A stretch of 64,000 bases of DNA, from contig DASRCT010000041.1 of the NCBI GenBank assembly GCA_035652975.1, positions 24,379 to 88,378 of the forward strand, in the 5' to 3' direction. This DNA comes from Bryobacteraceae bacterium. GTDB taxonomy: Bacteria; Acidobacteriota; Terriglobia; Bryobacterales; Bryobacteraceae. Shown here piece after piece: positions 51,842 through 61,297 of the stretch. Under the pieces are notes generated by a model, which was not told the DNA's origin, did no database searches, and saw nothing but the letters and a program-made list of their open reading frames with translations. Within the stretch, counting starts at the first letter, position 1. Every line of letters starts with the position of its first letter. Made by a program: the position numbers and the translations under genes.

Positions 51842-53541
51842 GATGCTTGCGCCGACGCCTCGCGGAAGAGCGCGCGCTCGGCGGCTGGCGGCTCAATGCG
51901 CCAGTTGTGGTCCGCCTGGGCCGGCAGTTCGCCGTGCTGGGTGTAATACTCTACGATCAGATCGCGGATCTCATCCGCGGATCGCCAGAGAACCGGCGCA
52001 TGACGAAACATGCCGTAGCCCGCGCTGCCGCCGGCGCGATAGCTGTTTATCGCGATCCGGAGCGGCGTGTCGTCGGACAGCGGCTTGCCTTTGTAGCGCA
52101 AATTTCTGATGCGTTGGCCGACCGGACGGCTGAGATCGATCTCGTATTCAACGCCGCTCGCCATATCGAAATTAAAGCCTGGGAACCTGTGATCGATCAG
52201 CGCCTGCGATGAACAGTCTCCCTCGCATTGTTTGAAATATCTGGCGGCGTTTTCAAGCGCCAGACGGACCATTTTCCCGACGCCGCGGATGGCGAGCAGC
52301 GTGTTGTCGTAGGGATACAGGGCCGCAATCTCGCGAACTGTGACCGGACCTTGGCGCACGCGCACGTTTGTGTTGAAGCAGGCGGCGAAGGACACATCCG
52401 CGCCCGTGAGGGCCATCTGCACAATATTGATCGCGTCGACAAGCGGCGTGTCCTCGACGCGGCACAGCCTGGAATCGAGGTCAGCCGCCGCGTGAGCCGC
52501 AGGCGCTCTCAGGTACTGCTCGGCTGCGTCGAAATACGGCTTCGCCATTCGAATCAGGGCTTCATCAACGGGCGTGGAATCGGTTACCGGAAGGAGTCTG
52601 CTCTTTTTGGCGGCGACGCGCCAGCGCCCACCCGACTCCTCCAGCGTGAAATCCATGCGTCCCAGCGAAATCCCCCAGTTCTTGGGTTGCATCAGGAGGA
52701 CATTGCCGATCCGAGCCGTCTCAAGCTGCTGGTGCGTGTGCCCGAATACGATGGCATCAATTCCCGGCACGCCCGCCGCGATGTCGTATATCATGTTTTC
52801 GCTCGGCGCGCCGCCGGAATCCGCGGCGCCGGTCTTCAGATCCCGGCCAAGGCCGGCGTGAGCCGCCACAATGACCAAATCCGGCCTGGCCTCCGCCTTC
52901 AGCCGGGCAACAGCCTGTTCAACGCCGGTCTTGCCCGGCAGAAATTCATAACCCTTGTAGGATTCGGGTTGATCCCACAACGGAACGCTGGGCGTGGTCA
53001 CGCCGATGATCGCAACGCGAACGCCGGCGATTTCCTTGACAATGAACGGCTCAAACGGACGGTTGTCCGCGCCCGGCGAGACGCGAATATTGGACGAGAT
53101 CCATGGGAAGCGCGCCTCCGTCCGAGCGCGGTCCAGGTTCTTCAGTCCGAAATTGAACTCATGATTGCCCACCACCATCGCGGCATACCCGAGCGAGTTC
53201 ATGGCCCGCATCATGGGATCGCCGTCAAGAGGCGTTCCCAACGGCAGATTCAGCGGCAGTTTTCCGAATTTGACATAGTGCTGATAAACGGACTCAAGCG
53301 GGGCGCCCTGAATGACATCGCCGCAGTCCACCAGAACCGTGTTGGGGTTCTCCGTCCGGATCTTCTGGATGAGCGTGGCGACTTTCGCCAAACCGCGCGG
53401 CGCCGGGTTGCCGGTATAGAAGTCATACGGATAGATGTTGCCGTGCAGATCCGTTGTCGCAAGCAATGTAATTTCGACGGTTTTTGCCCGCCCGGAAAGG
53501 GCGAGAAGGACGGTAAAGAGTACAAGTTGCGCAGTGCGCAT
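51823..53541 (-). CDS. Secreted bifunctional metallophosphatase / 5'-nucleotidase (UshA/CpdB-like)
   Basis: Signal peptide. Motifs [23 protein letters not shown] and VAAHAG...GHTH, plus a C-terminal 5'-nucleotidase substrate domain. Confidence 0.85.
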   Translation of the reverse strand: MRTAQLVLFTVLLALSGRAKTVEITLLATTDLHGNIYPYDFYTGNPAPRGLAKVATLIQKIRTENPNTVLVDCGDVIQGAPLESVYQHYVKFGKLPLNLPLGTPLDGDPMMRAMNSLGYAAMVVGNHEFNFGLKNLDRARTEARFPWISSNIRVSPGADNRPFEPFIVKEIAGVRVAIIGVTTPSVPLWDQPESYKGYEFLPGKTGVEQAVARLKAEARPDLVIVAAHAGLGRDLKTGAADSGGAPSENMIYDIAAGVPGIDAIVFGHTHQQLETARIGNVLLMQPKNWGISLGRMDFTLEESGGRWRVAAKKSRLLPVTDSTPVDEALIRMAKPYFDAAEQYLRAPAAHAAADLDSRLCRVEDTPLVDAINIVQMALTGADVSFAACFNTNVRVRQGPVTVREIAALYPYDNTLLAIRGVGKMVRLALENAARYFKQCEGDCSSQALIDHRFPGFNFDMASGVEYEIDLSRPVGQRIRNLRYKGKPLSDDTPLRIAINSYRAGGSAGYGMFRHAPVLWRSADEIRDLIVEYYTQHGELPAQADHNWRIEPPAAERALFREASAQASWPATQ

Positions 53542-53571
53542 TGGACGTCAATTTCAGTATAATCGGGCCTG

Positions 53572-54327
53572 ATGAAATCATTGATTTTGCTACTTCTGGC
53601 TGGGCTGTGCGCGCTTGGCCAGACGCCCGCCGCAAAAAAGAGCGGCGCTGTGCGGCACACCGCGAGCAAAGGGGCGAGCGCTCGGCTTGCCAACCCGGCG
53701 CTATGGAATAGGCAGGCGCCGCCTGAGTTCAAAGCAAAACTGACGACAACCAAGGGCGACATTGTCATCGACGTGCACCGCGACTGGGCGCCTCTTGGCG
53801 CCGACCGTTTCTATAATCTGGTTCGCAGCGGATTTTTCACCAACGTAAGCTTCTATCGCGTGGTTCCCAACTTCATCGTCCAGTTCGGCGCATCGCCCGA
53901 TCCAAAAGTCGAAGCAGCATGGAACAAAGCGCCGATCAAAGACGACCCCGTCAAGCAGAGCAACAAGCGCGGATTCGTCACATTCGCAATGGGTGGTCCA
54001 AACACGCGCACCACGGAAATCTTTATCAATCTGAAGGACAACACGCAGCTCGACGGCATGGGCTTTGCGCCCTTCGGCGAAGTTGTGGAAGGAATGGACG
54101 TGGTCGACAAGTTGTACAGCGGCTATGGAGATATGAAGGAGATGGGCGGCCGCGGTCCCTCGCAGCCGCGTGTACAAACCGAGGGTAAGGCTTATCTCGA
54201 CAAGGAGTTTCCGCAGCTAGACAGCATCAAATACGCGTCCATCACTTCCCCGGCGCCTTCTGCGCCTCCGGCCAAGAAAGGCGGCGCCGCTCCGCCAGTG
54301 AAAAAGACCATGCCAGTGACCAAGTAA
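53572..54327 (+). CDS. Cyclophilin-type peptidyl-prolyl cis-trans isomerase, secreted, with a Pro/Ala/Lys-rich tail
   Basis: FYRVVPNFIVQFG...GFVTFAMGGPNTRTTEIFINL..N..LD...FAPFGEVVEGMDVVDKL. Confidence 0.9.
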   Translation: MKSLILLLLAGLCALGQTPAAKKSGAVRHTASKGASARLANPALWNRQAPPEFKAKLTTTKGDIVIDVHRDWAPLGADRFYNLVRSGFFTNVSFYRVVPNFIVQFGASPDPKVEAAWNKAPIKDDPVKQSNKRGFVTFAMGGPNTRTTEIFINLKDNTQLDGMGFAPFGEVVEGMDVVDKLYSGYGDMKEMGGRGPSQPRVQTEGKAYLDKEFPQLDSIKYASITSPAPSAPPAKKGGAAPPVKKTMPVTK

Positions 54328-54571
54328 AGGCGGGAACGAACCGGAAGGCGTTCTGAGCTGTAGTACGCCGGATTTCGGGCGGAACACCAAACAACTCGGA
54401 ACGCCATTTCTGGTGCTTAGAGAACTTAGCGACTCCGGAGTTCCGGATCGCTCGTGGAGGACATTCTCTTCTTTGCCTCAGTAGTGGACCAAGAGAGGAA
54501 TATTCTCACGAAATCCTGACCGATATCCAGACGCAGAAGTGTGGTCCAGCCTCCAGCCGCGCTTCTCCGCG

Positions 54572-55723
54572 CTACATGGGTCCTGCGCCTGCGGAGGGGC
54601 TACAGGGATAAATCTGCGGTTCGACGCGCCATCGCGCCCGGTACGCCGACGTAATTTTCTCCTGAAAGGCCTCCACCGCCCGAGGATCGACGAGATTAAC
54701 CGTGCAGCCGCCGAACCCGCCGCCAGTCATGCGCGCTCCATACACGCCGGGAATGCCGAGCGCGGAATCGACCAGGAAATCCAGCTCCGGGCTGCTGACT
54801 TCGTAGTCGTTTTGCAGGCTGCGGTGAGACGCCACAAACAGCTCCCCCATGCGCCGCAGATCAGCGCTCCGGGAGGCGTCTGCGAAGGCGTTCACCCGCT
54901 CGTTTTCGGTGATCACATGACGGGCGCGCCTTCGCGCCGGATCGGGGATCCTATCGGTGATCATATCCAGGGTTGCGTCTCGCAGAGAACTGACATGCGG
55001 AGCGCCTTTACGAATAAACTGCACCGCTTCGGCGCACTCTGCCACCCTCTGCCGGTACGCTGAGGTTCCCAGGTCATGCTTCACCATCGTGTTTACCGCC
55101 AGAATGGCGACGCCGTCAGGCAGGGGGACAGGCTCATACTCGAGGCTCCGGCAATCGATTTTGATCGCCGCATGCGGCTGCCCGAACACGGAAATGAACT
55201 GGTCCATAATGCCGCACGGCATGCCGACAAACTGGTTCTCCGCGCTATGACAAATGCGGACCAGCTCCATTCGGTCAGTGATCGCGCCATCGGACAGCGC
55301 AAGCGCGGATGCAACCTCGAGCGCTGCCGACGAACTCAGGCCGGCGCCGACCGGAACGGTTGAATGAATTAGGATATCCTTCGGTTGAATCTTGTATCCG
55401 CGCAGCGCGAGCTGCTGGGCCACGCCGAACACATAATCGCTCCAGTCGCCGCGCGGCCTTGCATTCCCGATCGCCTCCGCCGGCCATTCGGCGCCCTCCA
55501 GCAGGTCCTCCGAGTAGATCCGCAGCTGGCCCGGCGCCGCGCTCGGCGCCGCGGCTATGTAGCACGCCAGTTCGATCGCTATCGGCAGCACGAATCCTTG
55601 GTTGTAGTCCGTATGTTCGCCGATAAGATTCACGCGTCCCGGCGCGCGGAAGAGCGCCGGCGCCCGATCCCGCGGAAATCGCTCTGGATATTTTTGAATC
55701 AGGTAGTCCGCCGGGACAGCCAC
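54572..55723 (-). CDS. galK: Galactokinase
   Basis: FRAPGRVNLIGEHTDYNQGFVLP, PVGAGLSSSAALEV and GARMTGGGFGGC. I chose the GTG at 55723 because GGAGGA lies 8 nt upstream. The ORF is open to 55855 but has no ATG. Confidence 0.85.
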   Translation of the reverse strand: MAVPADYLIQKYPERFPRDRAPALFRAPGRVNLIGEHTDYNQGFVLPIAIELACYIAAAPSAAPGQLRIYSEDLLEGAEWPAEAIGNARPRGDWSDYVFGVAQQLALRGYKIQPKDILIHSTVPVGAGLSSSAALEVASALALSDGAITDRMELVRICHSAENQFVGMPCGIMDQFISVFGQPHAAIKIDCRSLEYEPVPLPDGVAILAVNTMVKHDLGTSAYRQRVAECAEAVQFIRKGAPHVSSLRDATLDMITDRIPDPARRRARHVITENERVNAFADASRSADLRRMGELFVASHRSLQNDYEVSSPELDFLVDSALGIPGVYGARMTGGGFGGCTVNLVDPRAVEAFQEKITSAYRARWRVEPQIYPCSPSAGAGPM

Positions 55724-55881
55724 AGCAGCAGTCCTCCAAACGCCAGCATAGAAATACCCGTGTAGAGATTCACGTTCACCGGAGTTAGCGGCGCGCTGTA
55801 GCCGGAAAACAGACCGACCACGGTGAGAATGATCCCCATTAAAAGGAAGAACCATCCGGATGGAATTCGAAGATCCAGCAT
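55699..55881 (-). CDS. Small two-TM membrane protein downstream of the SSS symporter
   Basis: 60 aa: MLDLRIPSGWFFLLMGIILTVVGLFSGYSAPLTPVNVNLYTGISMLAFGGLLLWLSRRTT. The ATG lies 9 nt after the symporter stop. No homology call is possible. Confidence 0.45.
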   Translation of the reverse strand: MLDLRIPSGWFFLLMGIILTVVGLFSGYSAPLTPVNVNLYTGISMLAFGGLLLWLSRRTT

Positions 55882-55889
55882 TGCCTTGC

Positions 55890-57542
55890 CTATCGGAAAA
55901 GAAAATTGAGGCCGAAGCACACGATGGCCACGCTGATCGCCAGGGGCCACGGCCGGCGATACCAGGGCTCGCCGGTTTCTCGTGGAATGACTGTGGTTCC
56001 GTAGACCAGGCCTTTCAGTTGCTCTTCGGGCGCCGGCTTCGTCGCCAGGCTGACCAGCACGGTCATCAGAAAACACGCGGCGAAGGCGAAGGTTGCCACC
56101 CAAAAGTTCTGGGCCATGGTCGAAGGGAACTGGTGCACCGGGGTGATCCAACCGCCCTTTCCTTCGGCAGTCGTCAATCCGTGCGTCAGGGTGGCGGCAG
56201 CAGTGCCGGCGATCAGACCTGTGAAGGCGCCGTGTCCAGTGGTTCGCTTCCAGAACATTCCCAGCAGAAAGGTCGCAAACAAAGGGGCGTTCACGAACCC
56301 AAATACGAGCTGGAGAATGTCCATCATATTGTTATAGAGCCGCGCGACGTAGGCGGCGCCAATCGAAGCGACCGTGCCAAAGATGGTGGTGAGGCGCCCA
56401 ACCGTCAGATAGTGCGAGTCCGGCGCGTTGCGGCGAATGTAGCCTTGATAAATGTCGTAGGTAAATACCGTGTTGAACGCCGTCACATTCCCTGCCATTC
56501 CGGACATAAACGACGCCATCAAGCCGGTGAGGCCGAATCCCAGGAGCCCGGAAGGATAGAATTTGGCCATCAAGGTTGTCAACACTTGGTCGTAGTCATA
56601 CCCCCCGCCACTCTTCAGCGGCAAGCTGTAACCGGAACCCATGTGGTTCAGCGCCACCGCGGCGACGCCGGGCACGATCACAATAAAGGGCAGAAACATT
56701 TTGGGAAACGCTCCCACCAGGGGCGTTTTTCGCGCCGAGGACATGGAGTCCGCCGCCATCGCGCGCTGTACCACCAGAAAGTTCGTACACCAGTAGCCGA
56801 ACGACAGAACAAACCCCAGACCGATCAGCATCCCGATTACGTCAACGCCCATCGGATTATCCGAGGCGCTGCCCATGTAGCGCCAGGAGTGCACCATTTG
56901 CGGCGGCACGCGCGCCGCGATCCCTTGCCATCCCCCGGCGCGCCACACGGCCAGAACGGCGAGAGGCGCGAATCCGAGCACGATCAGGAAAAACTGGAGC
57001 ACCTCATTGTAAATGGCGCTGGTCAAACCGCCCAAATAGGTGTAGATCAGGACGATCGCCGCTGACAGCAGCACCGAAGCCGTGAAGCTCCATCCGAGCA
57101 CAAGCTGAAACAGGAGACCCAGAGCGTACATCGAAATGCCGGATGAAAACAGCGTCATCACCGCAAACGTGATCGCATTAAAGCCCCGGGTCTTTTCATC
57201 GAACCGCAGCTTCAGATATTCCGGTACGCTGCGGGCGCGGCTGCCGTAATAAAACGGCATCATGAACAGGCCGACAAACAGCATGGCCGGAATCGCGCCA
57301 ACCCAATAAAAATGCGCGGTCATGATGCCGTACTTGGCCCCGGATGCGCACATCCCGATCAACTCTTGAGCTCCGAGGTTTGTTGCGACGAAGGCGAGGC
57401 TCGTGATCCACAGCGGCACGGAATGACGCGAGGTGAGGAAGTCTTCGCTGGTGGCGACGCCCCGTCTGAGCACCCAGCCAATGCCCAGCACAAAGGCGAA
57501 GTAGATTACGAGAATCAGGTAGTCGACGTAGGCGAGCGCCAA
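55890..57542 (-). CDS. Sodium:solute symporter (SSS/SGLT family), probable sugar (galactose/glucose) transporter
   Basis: 550 aa and about 14 TM helices. The N-terminus DYLILVIYFAFVLGIGWVLRR...DFLTSRHSVPLW is typical of the SSS family. It lies in an operon with galK. Confidence 0.85.
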   Translation of the reverse strand: MALAYVDYLILVIYFAFVLGIGWVLRRGVATSEDFLTSRHSVPLWITSLAFVATNLGAQELIGMCASGAKYGIMTAHFYWVGAIPAMLFVGLFMMPFYYGSRARSVPEYLKLRFDEKTRGFNAITFAVMTLFSSGISMYALGLLFQLVLGWSFTASVLLSAAIVLIYTYLGGLTSAIYNEVLQFFLIVLGFAPLAVLAVWRAGGWQGIAARVPPQMVHSWRYMGSASDNPMGVDVIGMLIGLGFVLSFGYWCTNFLVVQRAMAADSMSSARKTPLVGAFPKMFLPFIVIVPGVAAVALNHMGSGYSLPLKSGGGYDYDQVLTTLMAKFYPSGLLGFGLTGLMASFMSGMAGNVTAFNTVFTYDIYQGYIRRNAPDSHYLTVGRLTTIFGTVASIGAAYVARLYNNMMDILQLVFGFVNAPLFATFLLGMFWKRTTGHGAFTGLIAGTAAATLTHGLTTAEGKGGWITPVHQFPSTMAQNFWVATFAFAACFLMTVLVSLATKPAPEEQLKGLVYGTTVIPRETGEPWYRRPWPLAISVAIVCFGLNFLFR

Positions 57543-57850
57543 GCGATGAGTCTATCACAGCGCTTGGAGATTCCCTCGATGGATAGCGCCGTGGGTTGAA
57601 CTTCCAAATCCCCACAGGGCGTCAGCGTTTTGTTTAACCGCCCAGTCGCAACGCCCGGGCGCGAAGCGGCAGCGTCCGGCCGCGGACTGGCTCGGACACA
57701 AGGTTGTGGCAGTCCTCCGGGCGGGTCTTGCGCTCCGTTGCTGATTCGCAGGGTAGAGTATACTCTCGTTCGAGAGGCGCTCTCGCGCCGGTCCGTTTTG
57801 CCGAGAGTTGGATCTGAAGTTCATAACACGGCTGTCTGTGAGCGCTGGTC

Positions 57851-59281
57851 ATGAGCCAGCCAGCGAACGTGACCGCATGGCTGGTCCGAATGTCCGGGCC
57901 TCTGGCGGGGACCCGGTATCTGGTCCGCGATTCAATTACTCGCGTCGGCCGCAGTTCGCAGAATGACGTCCCGCTGGTTGATTGTCCAACCGTATCCGTC
58001 CATCATCTCGAAATACGCAAGCAAGGCGCCGATTACAAGATTCACGATCTCAACAGCACCAACGGGACGTTTGTCAATGGCGAGCGCGTCACCGAAGCGG
58101 TCCTGAAGCCTCCTTGCAATATTCAGCTCGGCAAAGGCGGGCCCGAGCTTACCTTCCTGCTGGATGACGCGGCCCCGGTTCCGGTGAACGAAACGCTGGT
58201 GGCGCATCCCTCCGACGTTCTCAAATCCGACGCCGGCGCGTCAGCCCCGGAAGAATCCCGCATCACTCGCGCGCACGACGATCTGCTGGTCGAAGCTGTC
58301 GCAAGATCCCGCATGGTTCGCCACAAAGGCATCGGCGACCAGACGCTCATGATTATGCGGCAGACGCTGGACAAAGCCATCCATCGCACGCGGCGGAAAT
58401 TCGTCAAGACCATCGCGGTCCTGGCCGCCCTGCTTCTGGCTGTCTCGGGGTTCGGAGTCTGGAAAATTCTGGCCCTGCGGGCGGAGAAACAGAGAATTGA
58501 TGCGGCGATCCGCGACATCGAGGCTCAGCTTCAACGCGCCAACCAGAACGCCGCGGATGTGAACGAGCTCTATGACCGCCTCAGCAACTACGAAGATCAG
58601 GCGAGGGGGCTCGAAAGGACCTTTTTGTATCGCGTGAGCATGCGCAGGAACGCGGACCCGATCGAGCAGGAGGTCAAGCGCCTCCTGGCGGAATTCGGAG
58701 CGGAAACGTACACCGTCCCGCCGGATTTTCTCGAGCAGGTCAAGCGATTCATTCAGCGATATCAGGGCCCCGACCGCCCGCACATCGTCAAAGGACTCGG
58801 ACAGGCGCAGAATCAGCTGGAGACCGTCCGGAAGATCTTTGAGGAAGATCATCTTCCGCCCGATCTGGCTTACATGGCAATCGTTGAGAGCTCGCTCAGC
58901 GCTGAGAACAGCAGTTCGATGAACGCCGCCGGCCTGTGGCAATTCACGCCGTCGACGGCCAGGGCGTTCGGGCTGAAGGTTCAAGGCGGAATTGATGAGC
59001 GGCTGGATGTGCGTAAGTCTACCCGGGCGGCGTGCCGTTACATGCGAGACTTAATTCTCGATTTTGGCGCCGGCAGCTCCGTGATGCTTGCGCTCGCAGC
59101 GTACAATGTCGGTCCCAGCAGAGTCAAACAAGCCATCCGGCGCGTCACAGATCCAATCAAACAGCGCAATTTCTGGTACCTGTATCGCGCGCATGCCCTT
59201 CCTGAAGAAACCCGTGAATACGTTCCGAAGGTCATCGCTGTGATGATCATCGCGCGGCATCCGGAACGGTACGGTTTCTGA
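57851..59281 (+). CDS. FHA domain - TM - coiled-coil - lytic transglycosylase (SLT) fusion protein
   Basis: N-terminal FHA domain (TRVGRSSQNDVPLVDCPTVSVHHLEI...YKIHDLNSTNGTFVNGERV). TM helix TIAVLAALLLAVSGFGVWKILAL. C-terminal SLT motifs (AIVESSLSAENSSSMNAAGLWQFTPSTA...AAYNVGPSRV). Confidence 0.8.
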   Translation: MSQPANVTAWLVRMSGPLAGTRYLVRDSITRVGRSSQNDVPLVDCPTVSVHHLEIRKQGADYKIHDLNSTNGTFVNGERVTEAVLKPPCNIQLGKGGPELTFLLDDAAPVPVNETLVAHPSDVLKSDAGASAPEESRITRAHDDLLVEAVARSRMVRHKGIGDQTLMIMRQTLDKAIHRTRRKFVKTIAVLAALLLAVSGFGVWKILALRAEKQRIDAAIRDIEAQLQRANQNAADVNELYDRLSNYEDQARGLERTFLYRVSMRRNADPIEQEVKRLLAEFGAETYTVPPDFLEQVKRFIQRYQGPDRPHIVKGLGQAQNQLETVRKIFEEDHLPPDLAYMAIVESSLSAENSSSMNAAGLWQFTPSTARAFGLKVQGGIDERLDVRKSTRAACRYMRDLILDFGAGSSVMLALAAYNVGPSRVKQAIRRVTDPIKQRNFWYLYRAHALPEETREYVPKVIAVMIIARHPERYGF

Positions 59282-59351
59282 TCCGCGACGGCGCTCTGTC
59301 GTCGATCTAGTACCCTACTGACGCGAACGCTCCTGGCCGATACAGCGGGAT

Positions 59352-59990
59352 ATGCTCAAATCCACACGATTTCTCGCGCCAACGCTGGCGGTAATGTGCA
59401 GCGTTGCGTTCGCCGCAAGGCAGGATTGTACGACCCAGCCGGGCGCTGCGGTCGGTGACGGGCCAGTTAGCGCCGAGGCGGTTTTTACCACGGGTGAAGG
59501 GTTTATTTCGATTACGCTCTCCAATTTGCAGGCTGATCCACGGAGCGCCGGTCAATTATTGAACGGCGTCGCGTTTACGCTCAGCGAGGGTCAGACCAGC
59601 GGCTCGCTGGGACCGAACTCAGCCAACCTCCGGCAGGTGAAAAGCGGCGGCGTATTTACCGATTTCGGGCCTTCCTCGACCGGCTGGGCCCTGGCCAGCG
59701 ATTCCGGCGCGGGCTTGCGATTGTGCGTGCTTTGCAGCAACTTGGGGGCGGCTGGTCCGAGTCATCTTCTCATTGGCGGCCCGGCCGGCTCCGGCCGATA
59801 TGAATCGGCAAACGGTTCCATTGCTGGGAATCGGCCGCATAATCCGTTCACCGCCGAGAGCGCGACATTCCTTGTCTATGTGCCTGGCCTTACCGAGAGC
59901 TCGACAGTTACCAGCGTAACTTTCTTCTTTGGCACGCAGGATGGAATCACCGCGCCGGGTTTCTGCGGCGGAACGCCGGTGCTCGAATAG
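59352..59990 (+). CDS. Hypothetical secreted protein
   Basis: Signal peptide MLKSTRFLAPTLAVMCSVAFA. The body is Gly/Ser/Thr-rich and beta-like, with no recognised motif. Confidence 0.5.
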   Translation: MLKSTRFLAPTLAVMCSVAFAARQDCTTQPGAAVGDGPVSAEAVFTTGEGFISITLSNLQADPRSAGQLLNGVAFTLSEGQTSGSLGPNSANLRQVKSGGVFTDFGPSSTGWALASDSGAGLRLCVLCSNLGAAGPSHLLIGGPAGSGRYESANGSIAGNRPHNPFTAESATFLVYVPGLTESSTVTSVTFFFGTQDGITAPGFCGGTPVLE

Positions 59991-59993
59991 TGT

Positions 59994-61295
59994 TTATTTT
60001 GCGGCGGCCGCGGGAGGGTGATAAAACCGCCCTCCGGCCATCCGCATGATCTTGCCCCACAGCGCGCGACCGAGCTCGGGAAGATCGTCCTCGCGATCGG
60101 GTATTACCTGGATATGCAGGCCGGCCATTTCATCCGTGCTGCCTGCTCCCCAGGTGACCCGCTTCGGCGGAAAGCTGGGATTGTGTGGATTGGCGACGGA
60201 ATTATCGTATGTGAACTCCATCTCAAGGCGCGTCCCCGCGGGCAGCGCCACGGGTTCGACGTATCGATATTGCTCCTGTTCATCGAAGTCCCAATCGTCA
60301 ATCCAGATCAGCCATACCCGCTCACCGGAAGGAAGCGTGGCCCATCCTTTCACATCTTTGCAAATATAGTGAGCGTGCGGAATGATGCCAACGGCATGAA
60401 CGTCCACCGGCAGCACAAAATGATCGCGCACCTTGTAGGCGCGCTCTCCGGGGGGTATATCAATGTCACGCGAGACCAAGCCGACATCCACGACGTGGCG
60501 ACTGGGGGCCGCCTCGGTGAAGTACAACGCGATTGCAGCCTGTTCGGTCTGATCTTCGCTGCGCGGATGAAAGTGCTCCTGGACAACGATGAAAGCCCCG
60601 CGCGGCAGCAGCACTGCCGTTCCGGGATACATCTCTACCGGCCCCGATCCGGGCGACCAGCCGCCAAGCGCGCCTGAAGGGAGAAATCCCGGCGTGCCGA
60701 AGCACGAGTATCCTTCCCCGCGCGGATCGAGCCGCTGCGAGGCGTGGCCCGCGTCGAGGAATAAGAGCGCATGATGGACCACCGAGCGATTCGAAGGCTT
60801 GAACTCGACAGCGCGCACCCAACGGTTCCGGTCCAGAGCCGTGGGAACAACGAAGCACCGGTAGGTATCTTTGCCGCGCGCCGGCGCGACGTAGGGGCGC
60901 CTCACCCGCAGGATGAGATCCGGCTTGCCGAGCCGCCACTCATTATCGAAGACCGGAGGCGGCGGGAGCGCGGACGGATCTCCTTCCGGGGCGCCTGCCT
61001 CTGCCCATGCCGCCAGCGTCCGGATTTCGGCGTCGCTGAGCCGGCGTTCCCCCGCGAAATGGCCATACCCGGGCGCCGGTTTCCAGGGAGGCATCTGCCG
61101 TTTCGCTGTTACCCTCGCAATCAGCTTTGCCCATCGCGCCGACTCCTGATAGGTGATCAGAGGAAAGGGCGCAACTTCTCCCCGGTGATGGCACGATGCG
61201 CAGTGCCGGTACAGGATAGGCGCAACCTCGCGCGTGAAGGTTGGCGCCGCTGAAGCGGGAAGGGCCGCGAAAAGCGGCAGAAACAACCGAAACAT
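59994..61295 (-). CDS. Secreted cytochrome c domain fused to a copper type II ascorbate-dependent monooxygenase-like (PHM/DBH-like) domain
   Basis: I chose the ATG at 61295 (MFRLFLPLFAALPASA, a signal peptide), which lies directly after the upstream stop. CASCH heme-binding motif. His clusters VVHHALLF, HFHPRS and PHAHYIC, plus TDEMAGL. Confidence 0.6.
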   Translation of the reverse strand: MFRLFLPLFAALPASAAPTFTREVAPILYRHCASCHHRGEVAPFPLITYQESARWAKLIARVTAKRQMPPWKPAPGYGHFAGERRLSDAEIRTLAAWAEAGAPEGDPSALPPPPVFDNEWRLGKPDLILRVRRPYVAPARGKDTYRCFVVPTALDRNRWVRAVEFKPSNRSVVHHALLFLDAGHASQRLDPRGEGYSCFGTPGFLPSGALGGWSPGSGPVEMYPGTAVLLPRGAFIVVQEHFHPRSEDQTEQAAIALYFTEAAPSRHVVDVGLVSRDIDIPPGERAYKVRDHFVLPVDVHAVGIIPHAHYICKDVKGWATLPSGERVWLIWIDDWDFDEQEQYRYVEPVALPAGTRLEMEFTYDNSVANPHNPSFPPKRVTWGAGSTDEMAGLHIQVIPDREDDLPELGRALWGKIMRMAGGRFYHPPAAAAK

Positions 61296-61297
61296 GC

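Noticed and set aside
52228-53562. 444-aa plus-strand ORF opposite the 5'-nucleotidase gene
   Set aside because: The minus strand carries the metallophosphatase motifs (DLHGN, GNHEF, GHTH). The plus-strand translation is Arg/His-rich and motif-free.
54328-54571. 244-nt convergent spacer between the cyclophilin and galK genes as a possible sRNA or terminator region
   Set aside because: Only an imperfect hairpin is present (GACATTCTCTT...AAGAGAGGAATATTC), with no U-tract and no recognisable RNA family motif. The evidence is insufficient.
55860-57065. 401-aa plus-strand ORF opposite the SSS symporter
   Set aside because: The opposite frame encodes a coherent 14-TM transporter. This frame is highly charged (R/H/G/Q) and does not look like a protein.
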